Below are positions 54,641 to 64,000 of a DNA stretch of 64,000 nt, piece after piece. The notes under the pieces are model-generated. The model was not told the origin of the DNA. It ran no database searches and worked only from the letters and a program-made list of their open reading frames with translations. Every line of letters begins with the position of its first letter. The stretch's first letter is position 1. Both the position numbers and the translations under genes were made by a program. Origin of the DNA: the human T2T-CHM13v2.0 reference genome, Homo sapiens; NCBI RefSeq assembly GCF_009914755.1, contig NC_060934.1. One strand, written 5' to 3'.

Positions 54641-56054
54641 CTGGTTGCAGTGAGTGGTGCTTTAGAACAGCCAGCACTGTTATTTATTTATTTAATCAAT
54701 CAATCATTGATTACAAACTCTGTCTCCCTTTCCCCAGGGGCTAGAGGTGGGAAAGGATCAGAAAGGCAGCGACTCTGCCAGGCAGGAAAGAGGCTCACAG
54801 GGTCCCTCCCCTCCCATCTAGCTGTGGTCATTAAAACCCCGTCTCTCCTTTAAGGAGGTAATTGTCTGCTCCTTCACCGCACTCTCAGAGGCTCACCTCC
54901 ACATACTGAGGTCAATACTGGATTGAGTTTTCATGTTCCCTTGGGGTAAAACTTGCAGACTCTCAGTTGTGCAATGAGAAATAGTCATTTGATCTTTCTC
55001 AACTCTATATGAATCTTATGAACTGGTCTGCAGAAACCACTCACATCACAAGAATAAAAAAGAGGGATCCCACTCTTCCGCCTCCTCCACAGAGGGAGGG
55101 TTAGAAGGCTGGAATAATTCATCAAGACCCCCGCCACAACCCCTTCCCTTCCACACCACCCCCACCACCACACACACCAGCGCTTCACTCTGCCGGAGAA
55201 ATATTTGTGTTGCTTCTATGTGCCTTTGATCAATTTCGAAAGAAAGGATCAGCTTTGCTAGAGACTATGTTGTATTTTCTCTAAATCAGGGCAAATAACA
55301 TTACTTCTCCAAATGTTGCTATTAGAGTAAGATTTATATTTACCTAGAGAGGCTTCTCCTGAGAGAGACGCAATGAGAAGTTTATGCTACAGACAGAATA
55401 ATCTGCCATGCTGAAATGTGATTTGCTGCAGAAGGCTGTTTGGGGTTTGGATAAATGAGAAAGATAAATATGATGACTCCTGGTGGTTTTCAGTAATGTG
55501 ATTATCACTGGGGAATAGATTCATTCTCTCTTTATCTCTGGCCAAAGCCAAAATATTCCAAAATAGAGGATTGGCTTGAGAAGGGTATGACATATGCCAA
55601 TGACTGCACCTTTGTCTTTGTACATGTCCACGGTCACACATACACTTTCCTGCACACACGTCTGCACATACATGCACATGTGTACACAGGGCATATACAG
55701 GCACATGTACACAGTGGCATTTGGACCTCAGCTTGGGCAGCCTGGTGGGCAGAGGAACAAGACATTCCCTGCCACAGTCATCTCTTCTCTACCACGAGGT
55801 AGAGCACATGAAGCCAGAGGAAATACCAGTTTACTGTCAGGAAAAAATTTTTCTCACAAGATAAAGCTACGAAACTCAGACAAAGTAAAAGTAAATTTGG
55901 CTACAAACCCTCTAGGTGCTCATAGTTTCACTATCATGGTTTCAGGCTATGGAAAAAAAGTATTTGATGGACGTGGTTGGCTTTACATTACTCCTGTGTT
56001 TTGGAGCTCAGAGTCAGAACTGGAAAGAGGACCCAGGAGTTCTTGATTTAGGCT

Positions 56055-56450
56055 TGGCCTTTCATTTGTTTAACATTTATGAAGCTCTCACTTGTGTGCA
56101 AAGTTGTTCTGGGCCTCTGAAGAGGAACTAGACATAGCTCTGGCACAAGAAGTGTTGTTAGCATGACCCCTACATGACCAAACATAAGCTTGGAGAGTGA
56201 GACATCAAATGAGAAGCACATGGGAAAGCTGCTGGAAGGGAAGTGTCATCTCTGGTAGTATTTGAGTTGGATGTAGTACCATGGAGGAGATATAAGATTT
56301 GAAAAGAAAGTGATGGAGGAGGAAGAATACTTCTGGCAGAGAGAACAGTATAATTAAAGGTAGGGGGAGAGAAAACTAAAGGATGTGTTTAGGCAATAAT
56401 GAATAGGCTATTCTAGCACATGTGTGGATATAGAAGAGAAGAAGGCAGGT
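56055..56450 (-). mobile_element. L2 3' region
   Basis: ttcatttgtttaacatttatgaagctctcacttgtgtgcaaag...ttctggcagagagaacagtata. Confidence 0.6.
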
Positions 56451-56466
56451 AGAAAACAAGGCATTT

Positions 56467-57437
56467 CCTTTTTAATTATTTTTTATTTTAATCATTTTTG
56501 GGGTACAAGTTGTTTTTGGTTACATGGATAAGTTCTTTGGTGGTGATTTCTGAGATTTTAGTGTTCCTGTCATCCAAGCAGTGTACACTGTACCTAATAT
56601 GTAGTCTTTTTTTCCCTCACCCCCTATATCAGTCCATTTTCATACTGCTATAAAGATACTACCAGAGACTGGGTAATTTATAAACAAAAGAGGTTGAATT
56701 CACTCGTTTTGTATGGCTGGGGAGGCCTCAGTACACGTACAATCATGGTGGAAGGTGAAGGGGAAGAAGGCACCTTCTTCACAAAGCAGCAGGAGAGAGA
56801 GAGAGTATGCAGGGGAGACTGCCACTTTTAATCCATCAGATCTCATGATAATTCCCGCACTATCACAAGAACAGCCTGGGGAAAATTGCTTCCATGATCC
56901 AAACATCTCCCACCTCATCCCTCCCTCTGCATGTGTGGATTACAATTCAAGTTGAGATTTTGGTGGGGACACAGAGCCAAACCATATTACCCCCTTTCCA
57001 ACCTTCCACCTTGAGTCTCCAAAGTCCATTATATTATTCTTATGCATTTGCATCCTCATAGCTTATCTCCCACTTATAAGTGAGAATGTACAATATTTGG
57101 TTTTCCATTCCTGAGTTACTTCACTTAGAATAATTGGCCTCTAGCTCCTTCAAGTTGCTGCAAAAGACCTTATTTTGTTCCTTTTTATGGCTCAGTAGTA
57201 TTCCATGGTATATACATATACCACATTTTCTTTGTCTCCTTGTTGGTTGATGGGCACTTAGGTTGGTTCCATGTCTTTGTAATTGTGAATTGTGCTGCTG
57301 TAAATGTGTGTGCATGTGTCTTTTTCACACAATGATTTCTTTTCCTTTGGAAAAATACCCGGTAGTGGGATTGCTGGATAAAGTGCTCTACTTTTAATTC
57401 TGTAAAGAATCTCCATACTGTTTCCCATAGTGATTGT
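56467..57437 (-). mobile_element. L1PB1-like 3' region, interrupted by a THE1 LTR
   Basis: tttttggttacatggataagttctttggtggtgatttctgagatttt...; minus ORF YPAIPLPGIFPKEKKS = ORF2 C-terminus. Confidence 0.88.
56625..56989 (-). mobile_element. THE1D-like MaLR solo LTR
   Basis: 365 bp; tatatcagtccattttcatactgctataaag...ggggacacagagccaaaccatatta; TSD CCCCC at 56620-56624 and 56990-56994. Confidence 0.9.
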
Positions 57438-58274
57438 TAAAACATATTTTCCAAGTTCCATTTTCTCCTTGTCTTCAACCCTTTCCATGTTAGTCCAATG
57501 TGGTCATGCATCAGCTGCTGAGCTGAAACTCTTTGCAGGTGGCAATCACTCTCACTAAGTAAGGGTAGATAAGGGCTCTGTGCTCAGGACAAGGTAATAA
57601 GTAGAGGCTTCTGGAAGGTGTCTGGGGAGGAGATATGTCATCTATCTTCCTGCTTACTGCCTTGGCCCTTGCCTTTTCCTTAGCCTGAATTCTTTTTCTT
57701 TTTCCCATCACAATTTGTCTAAACCATACTCATACTCTAAGAGACAACTTAAATGCAAGTTTTACAGGAAATTTTTGCTTAATGTCCTTAGCCAGAAACA
57801 ACCACTCCTTTTTCTGGAAACTTGAAATCTTGTGTTCCTGTTGGAGGTTGATGGGATTCTCCTATAAACAGTGGAAAACCCCAAATGATTAGCTGTGCCC
57901 ACACTCCCAATTCCGTTTGGTCTCTGTATGCCTATTCCTGTAAAAAGCTCTTATCATGGATCTTAAGTCAACTGCCAAACTTGGGCTTAATAAGCGTGAA
58001 ATGTATTTTAAAAGAGAAGATTACAGGGTCAAACACTGTAGCTCTGAACTGTGAATCCGCTCTGTTGCAAATGTGGCCAACAGAGTGAGAGCGTGACTGT
58101 GTTATTCCAGCTCCTCTAATTAGGGATTTGGGAAGGAACCAATAGTTCCTAAAACTCTGAGTCCTTCACGGAGGATTTGAGAACAGGACACACCACCTGG
58201 AATACAGGAAGTCCTCAAGTCCCCTTATCAATGGAGCAGAAAGCAGAGCATCAAGAGCCCACTCTGGGCTCTTT

Positions 58275-59220
58275 CAACTTGTTCAAAACCAAACTCACTG
58301 CCTTCCTTTTCCCCAAACCGGGCTTCTTCTCTGGTGTCAGCCATTTCAGCCAACATTTATTCTACTACAGAGCTGTGCAACTCAGAAAATCTAGACAGCA
58401 TCTTTGGCCTCTTCTCTGTTTCACTATTTCTTATCTATTATCAACTCTTGTGATTTTATGTACATCATTCAAATCCATCCCCTCCTTTCCACCTTTTCCT
58501 CCACCACCTTAACTAAGCAATTATCGTCTACTACCTGGATAATTGCAGCAGCCTCCTAACTCTTTATCCCCCATACTGTCTTGCCTTCCTCATGTCTGCT
58601 CCCTCCATTTCAGTTAGATTGATATTAGATCTACAGCTCAGTTTAAGTCACTGCCTAAAGCCATCTGGGACTTCCTGCTGTACTCAGCCAGGGTCCAATC
58701 ACACAGGCATGGTAGGTCACGGCAAGGAATTGGAAACTATTTGACTTCTTCAGCTTCATCTTTCTTGACTTTCTCCTTGTCTCTCTCAACTCCAAGTGTT
58801 ATGGCCTTTTTGGTCCAGGGTCTAAATATGGCATGGTCTTTCTTTCCTCTGGACATTTACAGATTGTACAGATTGCCTTTCCCTCTGCCTGGAAAGTACA
58901 TCCTCCTCTCTTCACCCACTAAGTCATCCTTTAGTTTTCAGCTTAGTTGTCACTTTTTTAGAGAAGTCTTCCTTTATCCTACAAACTAGATCATGTCCTT
59001 CTCTTATAGGCTCTGAAGTACCCCCATGCTTCTTTTTTAGCAATCTTATGACACTTGATTAGATATTAGGGAATGACAAAAATCTATCTTTTCTACTAGA
59101 CTGAAACTCTCAGTAACTTAAGGTACATAACTGATTTCTCATTATTATACTTCTCGGACATTGCACCGCTCCTGGCACCTAATAGGTATTCAGTGAACAT
59201 TTACTATGAATGAATGAAGT
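58275..59220 (+). mobile_element. L2, ~950-bp 3' portion
   Basis: ctacctggataattgcagcagcctcctaact...ttccctctgcctggaaag...cctggcacctaataggtattcagtgaacatttactatgaatgaatgaa. Confidence 0.8.
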
Positions 59221-60059
59221 AGTTGATAAATTAATAAACAGATGAACCCTGTACCTGTAAACAAGGACCAAAGACATGTGGTCCCTGGGAGAGAATTTCT
59301 TTGTGAAGCTACTAGTTGGGCTGCTCCCTGTTCTTATTTCCTTTTCTTTAGATCTTTTCAGGATAGCAGAATGTGACTACTGAAAAGAACATGCAAGGAG
59401 CATGTTCCAGTTTGGGGAGGGGACGTGGTCATCTTTTGGGAACAAACCCTTCCTTGGATATTAGGACCTGGATATCCTGTGGTATCCTTCAGACTAACCT
59501 CTTGCCTCAGACAGTCTTCCCATATTTATATCAATAAACTCTGAGAGAGTGAGGTCAAGCTTTCATTGTTATGAGCTTCTAGATTTTGCATTAGAAGTAG
59601 CCTCCTAACTTGTCTTCATGGTTTCAGTTTTCCAAAATGCCAACCACCTAGACACTATTGTCATTTGCATTCTCCTCAAGCAGAATGTCACTTTCTTACA
59701 CAAAACCCAGCAGTGCCCCTGTCCCTACAGGATGGAACCCAAGTGATGTGATGGAGGGCAAGTCAATCCCCATCTCTAGGTATCTTGTCCCTCAAATTGA
59801 AAATGATCTTCAAGATACTTCCCAGCTTCATTCCTATGACTCTAATCCCTGGGTGTGACCCTGAGAGCTCTTTCTGGCCTCATCTCACTTTTCGAAGCCA
59901 ACTCTGATTTCTGCCACACACCCATTGATCTGGTGAGTCGGCTTGCTCTCCTGGTACTCCAGCTTCCCATGTTTCTCTCTCTCTAGCAGGACTGTCAAGA
60001 CAATATTTAAATCTCAGCCCTCCCTTGGCATGTTCTCCCTTTAAAGGCTACCAAGCTTC

Positions 60060-60424
60060 TGCATTAGTTAGCATAGGCCAAGACATGCTGTAGTAACAAA
60101 TCTGTCTCAAATTGCAATGGGTTAACACACAGTAAAAATAGATTTTTCCCATGATACATATCTAGTACAAGTCAGCAGGAAGCTTTCTCAAAGAAACTAA
60201 GGAGCCCAGGCTGACAAAGTCTTTACCATCTGGAATATTTCTGGGGAAAAAGAGCACTTAGAAAGTTCATATGTACTTCTCCTGTTTTGGTTCAAAAGTA
60301 GTATCAGTCACCTCCACTCACAGCTCACTGTCCAAAACTAATCACATGGCTCTGCCCAAATTCAAAGAAGTAAAGAGGCACACACAGCATCTGTGCAGTC
60401 CATGAGCAGTAAATGACTCTAACA
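60060..60424 (-). mobile_element. MLT1J-like MaLR LTR
   Basis: tgcattagttagcatagg...atgctgtagtaacaaa...tcacctccactcacagctcactgtccaaaactaatcacatggc. Confidence 0.7.
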
Positions 60425-60814
60425 AAGCAAGTCAAACATTAGTGCATATAAGATTCCCAGTAAAGGTCTGCTCATAGTGGCATATGGTGCCAATAGATTT
60501 TCTTTCTGTTCTGAATACATACAATATTTCATACCTGGAGATCTTATCAATACATGGAAGGCCAAACTTTGACCTTACTTTGATATTAGTTCTGTATTAT
60601 GTTTGTCTTGTTTCCTTTAACAGGTGATAAATGCCCTTAAAACAGGGGCCTTTCCAATATTAATAGATAACTTCCCCAAGCAGCAAGGATAGAGGAAAAA
60701 ACTCTGGGCATTGGTAGAGCTTTGTCTCTGGAAAGTCACATGCTCTTAGGCACATATTTTAACCTCTGTTGATAGGATAAAATTGAACCTCCAAACAAGG
60801 GCACAAGACTTCTT

Positions 60815-61190
60815 TAAATACCAGCCTAGTTACCTACTGTATGTGCAACTTTGGGAAACTAAACATTATCTCTTGAAGTCTCAGTTTTCTCATCTGCACA
60901 ATGAAGGTAATACTGTCTCTACTTGGCATGGCTGTTGTGAAAGTAAATAATGTGTGCAAACTTCTTTGCACAGTGCTTTGCACAGGTTGAACACTCAATA
61001 GACGTTTCTTAGCTGCTGGTGGTGGTTCTCTGAACCCTGATTTCCTCAAGTGGGAAAAAGGCATAATAAATGATAAATCGTGCCACACCTATCCCTTGGT
61101 GTCATTTGGGACTAAATCAAAACAAGCAGAAGGTAAAAGCACATAGTAAACTATAAAGTGCCACAGAATATTAGGTGTTTTTATTATTAT
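60815..61190 (+). mobile_element. Two tandem MIR relics
   Basis: gtctcagttttctcatctgcacaatgaaggtaatac...cactcaatagacgtt; then ctctgaaccctgatttcctcaagtgggaaaaagg. Confidence 0.75.
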
Positions 61191-61964
61191 TAGACAATAC
61201 AAATACAAAAGGAGCAAACATCTAATGCAAGATTAGGCACTGATTAGATGATTAGTGGATACGTGTTGAAGAGTTAAATATAATTGTTAAAACAAGAGGC
61301 TTTTCTAAGTACTTGGCACAAGATATATGCCCCCACCCTGACCCTCATGAATATTCTTATTTGCATTTCACGTGGCAAGTACTCAGCACACTTCCTGGTC
61401 CACCCAGTGATGTCTCTCCTAGTGGGTTGGAGATCTCTCCATGGCCTGGGAAGCTATGAAGCTCCCTCTCTCTTGTCCCCATTCATCTCTTCTTGTCTCC
61501 CTGTCCGGGTGGTAGTTGAACCAGTAGCTCTGCTGTTAGCTTGGTTGCATGAGTATCACTAGAGACAAACTATGAAAGGGGAAATGATCTGTTATTGCTC
61601 TGGCCCAACTCATTTTTCACTTGAACACAGGGCAGAGTGAAGCACATTGTTCTTTGATGTCTTTATTTTCCTGTCAATAAAAATCTTGTTAGCCACTTGG
61701 CTGAGAAGGGTTTAACGTTGGCATGCTCATTTGGTCAATCCTGTCTCTCTTCCTTTGTTAACCCTGGTTGGGTGTGAAGACTTGAAGTGCTGAATCCTTC
61801 AAGATTAGAGTTCTTGGAGGCAGTGAACAGTCCAGGGCCAGTAATTCAGCTTGGAATCATGTTCTTTAACTCATTGGACAAGGATTTGCCACTTGTCTTA
61901 TAAGGAACTCTGTGGAACATAGAGAAGCATTGGAGGTGGCTGTAAATGATGAAATGGGAGGGGT

Positions 61965-62160
61965 GTGGGCAAGAGTGTGTTCTCTGGAGTCAGATTGCCC
62001 AGATGTGACACTTGACTGTCAACTTATGGCATTCTGTACCTATTGATGCTGCAGTCTCCCAGTTTCCTCAGATTTTTGAAATAATGACTATAAAGTCTTT
62101 GGCATAGTGCTTGCAAAGAAGTAAGCACGCAGTTTTAGCATAGCATTGATAATGATTATT
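61965..62160 (+). mobile_element. MIR relic
   Basis: ctctggagtcagattgcccag...cagtttcctcag...tttggcatagtgcttgc. Confidence 0.6.
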
Positions 62161-62623
62161 CAAGGTTCACTGAAGATTATAAAGCACATACTGTGTGCCA
62201 GGAACTGTTTTTGAAGGCTTGAAATGCATCAGAGAACAAAACAAAATTCCTTTTCTCATGGAGCATACACAATGAGGATGATGATGGTGGTGGTGATGAT
62301 GACATTGAAGATGGTCTCTGCCACCTGGGAGTGCAATGTCTGCTGAGGGAAATAAAGCAATTCCTCATGCTGCCATGGCCTTATCTTGTGGTGGTTGTGG
62401 CCCAACAAACTTATCCTACTGTACTGTGAGATCCTGGAAAGTACAAAGAATGCTCTGTTCATCTCTGAGTCTCTACTGCCTGGTTTTTGAGTTGTATTAA
62501 TGGGTGTTTTATCTGAACTTTTCAACCTTATGATAGGGTACTGCCTATCATGGGTGAGGAATATGGCTCATGAAGGCCCCATTAAACTAGAGAAAATATG
62601 CTAGGGGTAGGGTAAGGCAGATC

Positions 62624-62750
62624 TCATTCATTTATTCACCCATTCATTCAGACATATTTCTTGAACACCCAGGAGGGGGCAGGAACTGTGTAAAGCACTA
62701 TGAGGGACACTGAGATCCATGAGGTAGGGCTCCTGGTCACACTTTAGCAG
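62624..62750 (-). mobile_element. L2 3' tail
   Basis: cattcatttattcacccattcattcagacatatttcttgaacacc...aggaactgtgtaaagcact. Confidence 0.65.
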
Positions 62751-63339
62751 AGCCAGGGAAACACATCAGTGGCCATTTCCCTAAGGTTATTATACAGCAC
62801 CCATGCCTCCATTTCCAGTCTTCATCCCCTTTTACTGCAATGGAGACCCTCCCTTAGGGAGAAAGGGAGGAGCTGCTACTGATAGAAGTGTGTTTTGACA
62901 GAGAACCACCCGGCTGGAACACAGACCAAGGAAAACTGAGGGAAACTGTTCTGTCCTCCTCCACGTGACTACGAATACTGATAATGACAGTATTAGCAGC
63001 ATCAATATTTCTAGAGATGAAACTCAGTTACACGAACAACTGACCTATAATTCAGTAAGAAATACTCCACCCCTGCATCAATACCTTCTACAGCAGATGC
63101 TTTGAGATTTGTTATGAATGACAAATGAGTGTTGAGGTTGCAGTGATTCAAGGACTAGCTGGTCTACCCTTGGATGCTGTATTTGTATCACCACCAACTT
63201 CTGGTGTCATCTTGTCAGAGTCTTGCTGTTAAAAGTAGCATGAGGTCTCTGAGATATGGAGATGATCTCAGGAGTGATGAGTATGTGGGGAATAGGAGGA
63301 GGAGGGTGACACTGTGACTTTTATAGTGTTTTCTGTTCT

Positions 63340-63515
63340 GTAAACAGTTTTTATTTGTGGTTCCCCAAACAACCCAGTAATGTAGCAGGAGAGGTGTGTA
63401 CCTCTTAACTTCAATTTTCTCATCTGTAAAAATGGGGCAATAGACTTGCCCAAGGTCTCAAAACTGGCGAGTGTCAGAGAGGAGCCAAAACCCCAAGTTT
63501 TGTGTGTTTTCCACA
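63340..63515 (-). mobile_element. MIR with internally inverted core
   Basis: Antisense MIR flanks (aacaaccc...; gacttgcccaaggtc) enclose a sense-oriented core ttttctcatctgtaaaaatgggg. Confidence 0.75.
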
Positions 63516-63818
63516 ATGCCAACCAGGTTACTGGTTGTGACATAACCTTGAGTTGAGAAACTTCTGGATGAGTAGATGGTTTCTCTAGAACACTAGTTTC
63601 TCAGAATGTCAAAGGTATTATAAACACATACAAAGTTGTTTCTGTCAAATGAATCAGAGCACTGCTGGAATGAGAAAGTTAAACAGGATTCCCTACTGTG
63701 AGACTTCTCCGTGCCTTTCACAGGCTCACCTAAGTCACTCTTTGTGACTGTTCAAGACAGGGAGAGAGGATACAATGACTTCTTGAGAATGCAGGCATTC
63801 TTTTTTTGCATGCATCAC

Positions 63819-64000
63819 TGATATTGTTTGGCTCTGTGTCCCCACCCAAATTTTATCTTGAATTGTAACAAACCCCACGTGTCATGGGAGGACCCCAGTG
63901 AGAGGTAAGTGAATTACAGGGGTATTTTTCCTGTGAAAACCTGTGGCCGTTCTCATGACAGTGAATAAGTCTCATGAGATCTGACGGTTTTATAAAGGGG
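63819..64000 (+). mobile_element. THE1 (B/C-like) LTR, cut by the window end
   Basis: tgatattgtttggctctgtgtccccacccaaatttt atcttgaattgta...gtgaataagtctcatgagatctgacggttttataaagggg. Confidence 0.9.

Noticed and set aside
55594-56046. 150-aa ORF
   Set aside because: N-terminal part is CA/TG low-complexity translation (THTLSCTHVCTYMH); no domain or splice support.

Overview
Primate, most likely hominoid or human, non-coding genomic DNA: intergenic or deep intronic. It is CpG-depleted and by eye about half consists of interspersed repeats. These include 10 Alus (J, S, Y), old L1M fragments, younger L1PB/L1PA 3' ends (one L1PA2-like), MaLR and ERVL solo LTRs (MST, THE1, MLT1, MLT2, LTR16, LTR47-like), DNA-transposon relics (MER2, MER44, MER82, MER117, Charlie4z-like) and many MIR/L2 relics. 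I found no credible protein-coding exon, RNA gene, CpG island or CRISPR array. The listed ORFs are chance or repeat-derived. I did not find a new multi-gene system. The most notable unexplained features are: (1) a 79-nt hairpin with perfect 22-bp arms in unique sequence (19118-19196); (2) an ~870-bp almost pure A/T array inside an MLT2A LTR; (3) an Alu tail replaced by a G-rich 18-bp minisatellite that reads in frame into an L1 endonuclease remnant; (4) two template-switch or micro-inversion scars; (5) several repeat-free islands with clustered homeodomain-type motifs. Repeat subfamily names come from recalled consensus sequences and need RepeatMasker/Dfam confirmation. Boundaries of old elements are approximate.
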